Below, in pieces: positions 29,238-38,330 of a stretch of 64,000 nucleotides of DNA. Numbering within the stretch: position 1 is the stretch's first letter; each line of letters starts with the position of its first letter. A program made the translations under genes and the position numbers. The DNA lies in the IMG/VR virus record IMGVR_UViG_3300024239_000014, positions 1-64,000 of that record; one strand, given 5' to 3'. A model generated the notes under the pieces. The model ran no database searches, was not told the DNA's origin, and saw nothing but the letters and a program-made list of their open reading frames with translations.

Positions 29238-29541
29238 GGAAGTTCACCAGCAGGTACCGGTGACAAAAGGTGTGGGGTGTGCAGTAACAACCAATCGCAA
29301 TTGATGGATACTGAAAGAGCTCATGCCAGTGTGCTTGATGGTCTTTGTACGACTGCCGCATCCGTTCGGTGTAAATGCGACGGTACTCCGCTTCAGTCAT
29401 CGTTTGGTTCTTAATCCCCATGACGATGTCCCAACCGGGCGCAAAGACTGCATCACCAGTCTTGGTCGTGCTGTCGAGTAGGAAGTGGTTTTCCTTTCTG
29501 ACCTTACGCCAATGAGAGAGATGGACTGTGTGGCATTTCAC
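29161..29541 (-). CDS. DUF488-like protein
   Basis: FAP.W.IV...K....EY...Y, then CYC....CHR.L. Confidence 0.65.
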   Translation of the reverse strand: MKCHTVHLSHWRKVRKENHFLLDSTTKTGDAVFAPGWDIVMGIKNQTMTEAEYRRIYTERMRQSYKDHQAHWHELFQYPSIAIGCYCTPHTFCHRYLLVNFLEAIAKKHGFEFQYQGELYCDPKPE

Positions 29542-29956
29542 GGCGCTTCCCCCATTTGAGTTGTTTCAGATCAGCTTCTAATCCCAATCGCCCTACAGCG
29601 ATACCCAAAGCTAGTGCTTTGTTAGACGAGCAGGTTTCAAACTGCACCGTATCGTATTGGAGTTCGTGGTGATGACTAAACGTCCCGGGTGCGAAGGGTG
29701 GTCGCACACTCACGAAGTGACGATAGGTGTTACGTTCGCCGCTGATTCGTTCTTGAGAGATCTTCACACCCAATCGACGAGACTCCCGCAGCAACCAATC
29801 TGAATCATCCACTAAAGAGATGATGCGTTCCATGCCATTAATGAGCACCAGTGATTTACGCTTTTTAACGTCATAACCGATGAAAGTGATGTCACGGATG
29901 ATACAGAGCAGCTGCTCCAGCTCCAAGTCACTGGCAGTGAGCGTTTGAAATAGCAT
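29504..29956 (-). CDS. hypothetical protein, 150 aa
   Basis: GAGG RBS; in operon. Confidence 0.6.
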   Translation of the reverse strand: MLFQTLTASDLELEQLLCIIRDITFIGYDVKKRKSLVLINGMERIISLVDDSDWLLRESRRLGVKISQERISGERNTYRHFVSVRPPFAPGTFSHHHELQYDTVQFETCSSNKALALGIAVGRLGLEADLKQLKWGKRREMPHSPSLSLA

Positions 29957-30034
29957 AAAGGCCTCTCAGAGCGATTTGTCAGGGGTAGGTGACACTACCC
30001 CACTATGACGCATAACAATGCAGTACAGCGCGTT

Positions 30035-30592
30035 TTAGAGTGCCCTGCCTGAATAGCTTTCACACATCGCGGTCATCCAATCCATCGCTTCCTTGCCTTG
30101 ACGGATGTCGAAGAACTCCGAGTACTTCCCGCCTGTCATGGTGTACAGTTCGGTACGCATCACGCGGTGGTTACTCAGGTAGTCCCAGAACTTCTGACCT
30201 TGCTTCGGCGGGGCGCTACCAGCCATCATGTGCATAAAGGCGACATCATCACCTGTTTTGTACACATACTTGATCGGTGTGCCAATGATCGGTTCGTCGT
30301 CGATCAGCACACGCACAAACCCGAAGTCAGGATCTACGTAGTCTTCGGTGTCGCTATTAGGTACAGCAAGCTGTGTTGTGAAGTTTTCGCAGTCGTTGAC
30401 TTTGGATGTGACAACAAACTTAGTGTCGCTATCCTCGGATACAACCGGGTTGATTGCCGAAACAATTACATTCCCGCTAGCTGCCGTAATGACGCTGACG
30501 TACCAGTCACCGAATACCTTACCGGTGTCCTCATTAGCCGAAACGCCGGCCACCGAAAGAAGCAACACAAAGAAAAACAGAATAGATTTCAT
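30035..30592 (-). CDS. exported/periplasmic protein, 185 aa
   Basis: Signal peptide MKSILFFFVLLLSVAGVSA; FGDW near the mature N-terminus; two Cys. Confidence 0.7.
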   Translation of the reverse strand: MKSILFFFVLLLSVAGVSANEDTGKVFGDWYVSVITAASGNVIVSAINPVVSEDSDTKFVVTSKVNDCENFTTQLAVPNSDTEDYVDPDFGFVRVLIDDEPIIGTPIKYVYKTGDDVAFMHMMAGSAPPKQGQKFWDYLSNHRVMRTELYTMTGGKYSEFFDIRQGKEAMDWMTAMCESYSGRAL

Positions 30593-30662
30593 AACCTTTT
30601 CTCTCTATTAACAAAAGTGGCATAAAGCCCACTCCCTAACACAAGGGAGTGGGCTACCAGAC

Positions 30663-31139
30663 TTACTTCTCGGTGCCGAAGGTTTCGCGGAACATCGCGC
30701 GCACGTTGTCGCGGACGTTCTTGTGTTCACCACGGTCACCAGCACCAGCCAGAATAACTTTACCGGTTACACGACCCCAAGTGGTGGTCATGCCGGGGTT
30801 ATTCTTGTCGCCGTTCGGCACCTGTGCTTCACGGTAGACGTCGAAGTCAAACTTCAGGCCTTTGACGGCCGGCAGCGTAGCGCTGACAATGTCGACACCA
30901 CTGTTCTGTTGCATGTAGTCGTGAGCAGCTTCGGCCACCACGAGACTACCGGCCGCGCTGACGTTGCCGATGTGTCTGACCGCCTTTTGGAATTGGTCGA
31001 TGTCCAGACCGGTACCGGTAAGCGACTTTTCGAACACACCTTCGCTGAACGCGCCAGTGCCGGCATCACCGATTGTGAAGCCGTCGGCCAGTACGGTGGC
31101 CAGTTGGCGTGTTCTTTCTTTGATCTCAGCCATTTTCAT
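30663..31139 (-). CDS. hypothetical protein, ~158 aa
   Basis: GGAG before MKMAE; followed by a hairpin+TATGCCA element. Confidence 0.72.
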   Translation of the reverse strand: MKMAEIKERTRQLATVLADGFTIGDAGTGAFSEGVFEKSLTGTGLDIDQFQKAVRHIGNVSAAGSLVVAEAAHDYMQQNSGVDIVSATLPAVKGLKFDFDVYREAQVPNGDKNNPGMTTTWGRVTGKVILAGAGDRGEHKNVRDNVRAMFRETFGTEK

Positions 31140-31305
31140 ACTCCGGAGTGTGTGGATAGGAAACATTCAGCACCGCGCGATGCTGTTTCTGCACAACTAG
31201 ACCCCAAACGTTAAAGTTAACAGGGCCTAATTGCACGGAAAGGGACAAAAAGAAGGGTCCAGTGAAGGACCTCTCTCCTGCTACCCGAAGGCAGCAGGAG
31301 ACTTC

Positions 31306-31458
31306 TTAGGTTGGGATACCCATCACCAGTCCGCCGTAGATGACGGCGATGGTGACGAGAACAAAAGTTATGCCGTTAAGCAGCTCGTTGGTCTGCTCTT
31401 TGGCACCAGCGCGCTGGGCGCTGTTGCGATAATGCTTTAATGGTTTTACCTGAGTCAT
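31306..31458 (-). CDS. 50-aa single-TM protein (not in ORF track)
   Basis: MTQVKPLKHYRNSAQRAGAKEQTNELLNGITFVLVTIAVIYGGLVMGIPT; GAGGA RBS; downstream of the early-type motif. Confidence 0.6.
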   Translation of the reverse strand: MTQVKPLKHYRNSAQRAGAKEQTNELLNGITFVLVTIAVIYGGLVMGIPT

Positions 31459-31525
31459 TTTTTTTTCGTCCTCTTAACTGGTTTTATATACCGATAACGC
31501 GATTGATGTTACCGGTCTTTGATGG

Positions 31526-31550
31526 TCACCTAGGGAATATAGGTTTGAAA
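31526..31550 (-). promoter_or_regulatory. putative early promoter
   Basis: TTTCAAACCTATATTCCCTAGGTGA, a near copy of 27107-27131. Confidence 0.55.
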
Positions 31551-31568
31551 TGTTTTTAAACTCAATTG

Positions 31569-31602
31569 CGGCATAGAGGGGGGATCTTTCGATCCCCCCT
31601 CT
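31569..31602 (-). terminator. hairpin+TATGCCG element
   Basis: + strand CGGCAT-AGAGGGGGGATC-tttc-GATCCCCCCTCT. Confidence 0.7.
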
Positions 31603-31612
31603 TTCTTACCGT

Positions 31613-32797
31613 TTACAGGTTCAACAGAGTACCGGCCAGTTTGGAGTCCATGGTGGAGATGTAGCTGATCCACGCACGCGGTACTTGAGAAGTTGTTTTC
31701 CACAGCGCCTTGACCATGACTCGACCTTGCGAGAAGGTGCCAAAGTCTTGAGCATTGTCCATCTTCTCGATGACACCACCTCTGGACACGTGCCGCTGGC
31801 TATTCTCAACCAACTGCGCAACGGCTTTGCCGATTGCCTCGTCGGTTGCGCGCCATCCGCGGATGTAACTGGATGCGTATTCCAGAGCCGTGATCATTGA
31901 ATCAACCATCTTTTCGGCATCAGCCTTGGCGATCGTCATGCCTTGACCTGGGATGACTTTGGCGTTGCGTTCGACGCGAACAGTCATCTTACTACCGAAC
32001 CAAGACCACTTGAAGTTGAATTCAGGCGCCCCTGGCAGATCGTAATGCGTCAGATCAACTTCTTTCTGGAGAGCATGGTGGTTGAAGTAGAGGCCTGGGT
32101 TTCTGATGATGAAGAAGACGTTATCGTTGCGATACTGGGCGTTCAATTTCTTGACGCCTGAGTTGATTTCGTTCACGTAATCAACAAGCACTTGCTTACT
32201 CGCCTTGGCGAGATCGTCGTAGACCTTTACCGGGTTATTACCGGTGTCACCTGAAAACTCAAGCCAGCGAGCCGTTTGACGCGGGGTCATAACGATATCG
32301 CCATGGATGTTGCCGCGAGCTTTCTTGTAGGCCTTGATTGAACGTGCGGCGTGGTCAGCCACTTTAGCAAAGAAGTCTTTGATACCTGCACGTACCTTGG
32401 CGAAAGCATCGCCGATGGCATCGCCAATACGACCCAGGGTATCGCCAACACCTTCCATTGAAAAACCGCCGTCGGCGCTTTCCAGGGAAATGTTTTCCAT
32501 GCTCACGCCGATGCGGCCGAATTCGGCGCGCAGTTTGTCGGTAACGAGCACACGCTCGAGGTCAGACTTACAACCACCGAAGCTTTCGAGCTGGATGATC
32601 AGGTTTTCGATCGATACCGCAGCAGATTCAGCGTTGTCGATTTCAGCTTCATTGGCAGCCAGTGCTTCGCCGGTGGCGATGACGCTTTCAGCTGATTCAA
32701 CGTGCTCAGTTACAGTGGCATGGGCTTCACCGTCTTCAATCACTTCGTCATTTTCCATGGCCAGCCCATTGGCTTTCAGATATTGTTGCAACAGCAT
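31613..32797 (-). CDS. internal head protein with propeptide
   Basis: Acidic N-terminus with AME/SIE/SME/SLE sites; adjacent to the protease gene. Confidence 0.75.
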   Translation of the reverse strand: MLLQQYLKANGLAMENDEVIEDGEAHATVTEHVESAESVIATGEALAANEAEIDNAESAAVSIENLIIQLESFGGCKSDLERVLVTDKLRAEFGRIGVSMENISLESADGGFSMEGVGDTLGRIGDAIGDAFAKVRAGIKDFFAKVADHAARSIKAYKKARGNIHGDIVMTPRQTARWLEFSGDTGNNPVKVYDDLAKASKQVLVDYVNEINSGVKKLNAQYRNDNVFFIIRNPGLYFNHHALQKEVDLTHYDLPGAPEFNFKWSWFGSKMTVRVERNAKVIPGQGMTIAKADAEKMVDSMITALEYASSYIRGWRATDEAIGKAVAQLVENSQRHVSRGGVIEKMDNAQDFGTFSQGRVMVKALWKTTSQVPRAWISYISTMDSKLAGTLLNL

Positions 32798-32826
32798 GAG
32801 GAACGTTCCTTTACGTGATGATAGAC

Positions 32827-33597
32827 TTACCAGCGACCGCTGGCGGGTTTTTCGTAGGTTTGTTCACCAGGTACAAAACCCAGCGACTCCATGAGGTCTT
32901 CCAGCGATAGCGCCAACGATTCCATTGACACCATCCCACGAGACTGGGCGGTCGCCAGCGACGAAATGATGTCAGTTGTTACCATCAGCGTATCGCCGGC
33001 AAAACATTCGAGGGTGGGCGAGTGCCACTTCTTGGCCGGCCACAATCCTGGCTCGTTCACATAATCCCATGTCACGATTTGCTTCAGTTCCTTTTGCAAC
33101 TCTCCTCTGACGTATTTGTCATCGGTCAGTGCACGAATACTGAAACAGACATTTTCATCGGGGTTGTTGAGTTGGCGTTCCAGTGCCGGACCGTAAGGAC
33201 CTGACGGGAGGATCTTGGCGATGATTGCCACCACCTTACGACCATCCGGACCTTTGATCAGGCTATCATCCAACCGTACCGATTTGATGTGGAATGCCTG
33301 AAGTGTTTCTTCGATGGTCATGCAACGCAGCAGGTAGTCCTGCATGCTCTGCCCGGTCTGACGTTTCGGATGTCCATACTCGCCGCGCAGTGCACCGTCT
33401 TTAATACGACGCTGCAACAACCCGCTATCTTCAAACAAAGTACGTGCCTTCTGGGTAGCCGGATACCAGGCTTGGCCTGAGTTATACACATCCAGCGCGC
33501 CGAGCAGTACTTCGTAATACCCCTTCTCATCTTTCTTCAGGTTCCCAACTTTGTTGGTTCCCATCAAGGCTGTACAGCCGTATTCTACACATTTCAT
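32827..33597 (-). CDS. prohead protease (phiKZ gp175-like)
   Basis: GEYGHP (His), FSIR (Ser), TWDYVNEPG (Asp) motifs. Confidence 0.9.
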   Translation of the reverse strand: MKCVEYGCTALMGTNKVGNLKKDEKGYYEVLLGALDVYNSGQAWYPATQKARTLFEDSGLLQRRIKDGALRGEYGHPKRQTGQSMQDYLLRCMTIEETLQAFHIKSVRLDDSLIKGPDGRKVVAIIAKILPSGPYGPALERQLNNPDENVCFSIRALTDDKYVRGELQKELKQIVTWDYVNEPGLWPAKKWHSPTLECFAGDTLMVTTDIISSLATAQSRGMVSMESLALSLEDLMESLGFVPGEQTYEKPASGRW

Positions 33598-33609
33598 ACC
33601 CGACTACTC

Positions 33610-34326
33610 CTACCAGTGGGCAGAAGGCACCGAATGCTCGAGCGCCACCTGTTCTTTGACGTACTGTTGATATTCCGCACGGCTAATGGAAACAGCTTCA
33701 ACGACTGTGTCCTTCAAGGTGTTACCGCAGCCGTACCAGTTCTTCACTTCGACACGATGATACCCGCGACCCAACAGCACGCCGTCAGAAAACAGGATAG
33801 GTTCTTCGCCGTTGACCTTCACCACCAATTCCATACCACCGGTCAACACGTTATTGATGTACCGTGAAATCACAGAAGTGAGTTTCACAATGCCAATAAT
33901 GTCAGCTCGGTATTCACGGGTTTCGGGGCTATAGGTCACGAGCCAATGCTCGTTTGTTTCTTTTTGGTCAGGCAGGAGTTTCTTCGTCGGTTTAATGGCC
34001 TTGTCAAACACAAAGCGGTACACCGACCACATTGCCTCGTTCCCTTTACCTTGGAAGAAGTCGCGGTACACCGCGCCATACCCCGCCATACACTCGAGTA
34101 CCGACGGAGCGGTACAGACACGAGGTACGCGGTTATCTTCGCCATTGGCGACCCGAGCGGAGACCATGGGAACGAACTTCGGGATTTTACCGTTGGTGGA
34201 GATGTGGTACAGAGTCCCTTGCGCGAACTCGTCCTTATCCACCACTTGCACGTTGTTCTTGATGATGTCCGGTAGGAGTTCTACCCACTTCATCATGTCA
34301 GGATCAGTCGTCAATGCCCGTGGCAT
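33610..34326 (-). CDS. probable virion protein with an ADP-ribosyltransferase-like N-terminal region
   Basis: LYHIS..F.P...ED..PRVC.A.S and E.W motifs; C-terminal ALE site. Confidence 0.5.
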   Translation of the reverse strand: MPRALTTDPDMMKWVELLPDIIKNNVQVVDKDEFAQGTLYHISTNGKIPKFVPMVSARVANGEDNRVPRVCTAPSVLECMAGYGAVYRDFFQGKGNEAMWSVYRFVFDKAIKPTKKLLPDQKETNEHWLVTYSPETREYRADIIGIVKLTSVISRYINNVLTGGMELVVKVNGEEPILFSDGVLLGRGYHRVEVKNWYGCGNTLKDTVVEAVSISRAEYQQYVKEQVALEHSVPSAHW

Positions 34327-34335
34327 AATTCATCC

Positions 34336-35067
34336 TTACTGACGCAGCAGTTCTTCGATGTTTTCATTACGCGTACTGGGGTTCACCAGTGCCGAGGTCA
34401 CTGCCAGGTCAGCATAACTGCCCATGAGCTTGGCTGTCACGTTGGTGGCGCCGTACTGAATATCCTTAAACGGAATCCAATAGGGCTTCACCGACCACTG
34501 CTGGTCTATAGACTCGATGGCGGTACAGTACTTCAGGGCTGGGTTCTCGGGGTTTCTGGCAATGTCCGATGCAATCAGAGACATTACCGACTCGTTGGCG
34601 GCCAACGATACCCCGGTGTAATACGGACAGGAAGTGAACAGATTCACCACATCCAGGAATCCGAAGTACCACGGAATGCGCGCGTGGGCAATGAAATGGT
34701 TATACGTCCGATAAGGAAGAACGTCGTCCATCACGCAATCGGTCGTGGGGATAACCACGGTACCCGGATCAAACACCAGCTCGTAGTAGTCTTCATCGTA
34801 GATCTTGACCACATTCACAATGGCTGGCGAAAACTTCACCAGCGTGCAGGCCGACATCACCGCATAAGCGTGCTTCTCAGGAAAGATGATGGCCAGATAC
34901 CCGATGGCGCTGACTTCTTCGCCAATGAACGCTAATTGATGTTCAGCATAGTTAACAGGAAATACAACCCGACAAGCTGCGTCGGTAAACACAGTCCCAT
35001 CTGGCAGTGTTTTCCAAGCACCCATGACCGATGCATCGCGTTTGAGTTTCCGGTAATCCATAAGCAA
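34336..35067 (-). CDS. phiKZ gp176-like virion protein (possible vRNAP-associated subunit)
   Basis: 243 aa ending E.IE.LLR; synteny between protease and vRNAP genes. Confidence 0.6.
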   Translation of the reverse strand: MLMDYRKLKRDASVMGAWKTLPDGTVFTDAACRVVFPVNYAEHQLAFIGEEVSAIGYLAIIFPEKHAYAVMSACTLVKFSPAIVNVVKIYDEDYYELVFDPGTVVIPTTDCVMDDVLPYRTYNHFIAHARIPWYFGFLDVVNLFTSCPYYTGVSLAANESVMSLIASDIARNPENPALKYCTAIESIDQQWSVKPYWIPFKDIQYGATNVTAKLMGSYADLAVTSALVNPSTRNENIEELLRQ

Positions 35068-35121
35068 TCCTTGAATAAGTCGCTACCGCTACCCTATTCA
35101 GGCAACGGTAGCGACGCACGG

Positions 35122-36591
35122 TTAGGGTTTGATCACTGTCAGGTATTCGCAGACCCAGTCCGCCAGCACTTCTACTGAAGCGTAGTAGCTCAGCAGTCGA
35201 CCATCGGCCGACGGCATGCGCTTGGCCAGATCGTCCATATAGGTCAGGATTGACAGTACATTGGTGCCGTAGAAGAAGCAGTGACAGACCAACTTGCGTG
35301 CCACGACCCAAAGGTTATCGAGATCAGCCAAAGTAACGTACTTCAGGTGTTCTTCGATTTCCTTCACGGCATCACCACGAGTGCGGGTGCTCTGACCTTC
35401 TTTCAGTCGCTCATTGAGAGTCTGGTAGAGTTCAGCACGCAAACTGGCAATGGTGCGGGCGTGGTATTCGGTGTTGTCACGCTCGATCATATTGCGAGCG
35501 TACACCTGCTGTGCTGCCAGGTAGCGTTCCATCCCTTTGGCGATTTCATCCTTCAGCAGCGCTTTGTCAGTCAGAGCATTGCCAATGATGGCCTCGACAC
35601 TACCACCTTCTTTCAGAAACTGGGTGTAGACGTCAGCGTTGACCAGAATGGTGGTCTTGGTCTTACCACGATCCAGCAACTTTTCAGACTGACTCAGCAC
35701 CAGACGGCCAGAGGCGTAGTCACGACGCCGTGCTTCGAGCGCGCCAGCCAAACGACGGCCGGTTTGACCCACCAGCACACCCATCGATGCTTCAAACTTC
35801 TTGGCGTCGCCAGAGAAGCCGTCAGGGATTGATTTCAACAGACCCTTGGCCAGGAAGTGCAGAACAGCAACGTGATTGCAACCTACCTGATTCGGGGTGA
35901 AGCTGGCGCTACCAACCGTCGAACCCGGTGCCATGAACGATGCGGTCAAGGCAGTGGCTTCGTTGTTGAAGAAGACGTCGTTGTACAGGCGAACCAGATA
36001 GTCATCTTCTTCAGACGACATCTTCTCGACGTATTCGAGTACCGCCTTTTCCACCGAGCTGCTACCCTTGATCAGAGCACGCAGTTCGTCTTTGGTCATC
36101 TGACCCAGACCACCACTGAACACCCAGGGTTCTGCTACCATTTCACGGTATTTCTCAACCGTGGCAACAAACCCGCTGTTGTCCCAGAAATCAGCATACT
36201 CAAACGGCACCACGTCAAACCCGTAGGCGAAGCGGGCATCGCGATTAGCCTCGCGTGTCTTGATCCCTTCGACCACCTGTTCGATCAGTGGGTTCACCAC
36301 GTGGCGTGCATAGGCGATGTTGTTCTGCAGCGCTTTGCTGGCCAGTTCAACCACCTGAGCGGTAGCAACATCGTGCGGATATTGGTCGGTGGGAGTCTTC
36401 TTGGCACTAGCCACTTCCAGGCCAGCCACAATCAGTTCCAGCGACAGGTCGGGACCCAGAGCCACTTCACACATGCACTGGTCAACCATCAGACGCAACG
36501 GGGTACCCGATTTAGCGTCTGCATACACCCCGGAGGTTTCCAGGGCAGTCGTCACGGCGGTCGCAGCGGCGACAGCATTTTTAGTCAGCAT
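35122..36591 (-). CDS. phiKZ gp177-like virion/head protein
   Basis: 489 aa; synteny. Confidence 0.6.
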   Translation of the reverse strand: MLTKNAVAAATAVTTALETSGVYADAKSGTPLRLMVDQCMCEVALGPDLSLELIVAGLEVASAKKTPTDQYPHDVATAQVVELASKALQNNIAYARHVVNPLIEQVVEGIKTREANRDARFAYGFDVVPFEYADFWDNSGFVATVEKYREMVAEPWVFSGGLGQMTKDELRALIKGSSSVEKAVLEYVEKMSSEEDDYLVRLYNDVFFNNEATALTASFMAPGSTVGSASFTPNQVGCNHVAVLHFLAKGLLKSIPDGFSGDAKKFEASMGVLVGQTGRRLAGALEARRRDYASGRLVLSQSEKLLDRGKTKTTILVNADVYTQFLKEGGSVEAIIGNALTDKALLKDEIAKGMERYLAAQQVYARNMIERDNTEYHARTIASLRAELYQTLNERLKEGQSTRTRGDAVKEIEEHLKYVTLADLDNLWVVARKLVCHCFFYGTNVLSILTYMDDLAKRMPSADGRLLSYYASVEVLADWVCEYLTVIKP

Positions 36592-36602
36592 GTTCAGCCC
36601 TC

Positions 36603-36791
36603 TTAAACAGCCGTGAATTTGTTCAGGCGTACCTGAATCTTGGCAGCGATCAGTTCATCCACCACCGCATCATCGGCCTGCGGTACTGCGATGTCGTTCC
36701 CTGCCACACTGTCCACCACCTGCCGCACCAGATGCACCGCGTTAGCGATTGCATTGAGCGACTGGTAACGCATATCACTCGTAAGACTCAT
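36603..36791 (-). CDS. small conserved-position protein, 62 aa
   Basis: AGGAG RBS; between vRNAP beta and the gp177-like gene. Confidence 0.6.
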   Translation of the reverse strand: MSLTSDMRYQSLNAIANAVHLVRQVVDSVAGNDIAVPQADDAVVDELIAAKIQVRLNKFTAV

Positions 36792-36860
36792 GGATTGCTC
36801 CTATCAAAAAGAAGTGAAAGCACCGGTACCCATCAAGGGTACCGGTGTCTTTTCGTGACG

Positions 36861-37988
36861 TTAACTGTCTTCAAAAAAGAGGGCAGCCCCAACTTTCGAG
36901 CCTTCCAGCATCAGTCGGCTCATGATACCGATCTGATAAGGAGAACCCACGATACGGTTAAAAATCGACATGTGTCCGAACTTGCCGTCCAGCTGCAAAC
37001 CGGACTCGGTTTCCATCACCCCTTCGTACGTTCGACAGGTTACGGATTTCAGCTGGTTACCAAACACCAACTTATCACCGCCGCCGTAGTCTTCTTCGTA
37101 GGTAATGAAATAACGCACCGCCACGGTATCCTGTTCAAGTGGATACCCTTCGATTCGTACCCGGTCCATGACTTCGCCGTCTTCTGCTTCGTCGTTCCGG
37201 AGTTTCCGGACCAATGCAGCGCGTTTACGGTTGTAGGCTTTCACCAACTCCCGCAATGAGTCGGACATGTCTTCGAGGTCCCCTCGATAAAAGACCTCAA
37301 TCTTTTCCACCGTACCCTCGACTTTCGCCTTGGGTGTATGGGATGACAGCATCTTCAAAGTGTCCAACGACATCTCGTCGAAGAGCCCTGAATTGGCCGT
37401 CAGTTGGTCTTCAATCGTACATAGAATTGAGTCAGAGTCAACGATTTCGCCCTCTTTCACAATCCCACGGACCTCTTGGTCGAACTTCAAAATCACTGCT
37501 TTGACTTTCGTGAGTTTGGTCTTAAGCTTCTCGGCAGAACGTGACATCAACGCCGAGGAGTCCTCAAACGTATCTGCGTCATCAAGGATCGCCACGTTAA
37601 ACAGTGCGCCAGATTTCCACAACACCTGTGTCGGGTAGAAGTGGTCTCTGACGAACCAGTGACTATTCCAAGCCAAGACATCGCCCTTAACGAACGATTG
37701 ACCAACCACCACATCTGTTTCTACCTGATGTGGATAGCAACTCCCTTCAGCCCGCCCGAAGCGGCGACCGAGTTCTACCGACGTAACGGTCCCGTCTTTG
37801 TACTCGATCAACAGATGGTTCGGGCTAACCTCTTTCACCATCCCATCAGCCGTCGCAGCAAATGCGTAAAGGTCGCCCACACGCTTAGACAGGACATTTT
37901 CATATCCGGTCACAGTCGGCATGTAGGTATAACCTTCAGCAGCAATACCTGACGATTGTTGGATGCTGGCAAAGAGGGCACGTTTCAT
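36861..37988 (-). CDS. virion RNA polymerase beta-like subunit (gp178-like), exon 2
   Basis: MKRALFASIQ, TFEDS, GDKLVFGNQLK (RpoB GDK motif). Confidence 0.9.
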   Translation of the reverse strand: MKRALFASIQQSSGIAAEGYTYMPTVTGYENVLSKRVGDLYAFAATADGMVKEVSPNHLLIEYKDGTVTSVELGRRFGRAEGSCYPHQVETDVVVGQSFVKGDVLAWNSHWFVRDHFYPTQVLWKSGALFNVAILDDADTFEDSSALMSRSAEKLKTKLTKVKAVILKFDQEVRGIVKEGEIVDSDSILCTIEDQLTANSGLFDEMSLDTLKMLSSHTPKAKVEGTVEKIEVFYRGDLEDMSDSLRELVKAYNRKRAALVRKLRNDEAEDGEVMDRVRIEGYPLEQDTVAVRYFITYEEDYGGGDKLVFGNQLKSVTCRTYEGVMETESGLQLDGKFGHMSIFNRIVGSPYQIGIMSRLMLEGSKVGAALFFEDS

Positions 37989-38330
37989 CTAATGTCTTCA
38001 ATGTGGCCTAACCACACCCGTGCACCGCATGCACTGCTCCAGGTTTTCCCTGGATGTAGAGACTATATCTTCACCCTCGCTGGATTTGCGATAGGGTGCC
38101 TCCCATTTCGGCGGATGCCTACGAGCTCGCGCTCTAGTCGTTGAACGTTCTTCCCAGTAGGAAGCTTCGCTGCGGATTACCCAATCCCAGTCTCTTTTAC
38201 CATACCCAAGTGATTAGCTTGGCCACCTGTACATTACTGTTACAAGCTTGGTGTACTGGGCTTTCAGTGGATTCCCGTCAGTTAGAGAGGATTCGCTACC
38301 GGATTACGCCGGTAGAGGACTATGTAAATA
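37989..38330 (-). mobile_element. group I intron, 342 nt, no internal ORF
   Basis: P (AACUGACGGGAA 38283-38272), Q (AAUCCGCAGC 38178-38169), R (GUUCAACGACUA 38146-38135), S (AAGAUAUAGUC 38071-38061); P1 with U-G wobble at the 5' splice site; terminal G; splicing gives in-frame HDD|MKRAL. Confidence 0.93.
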
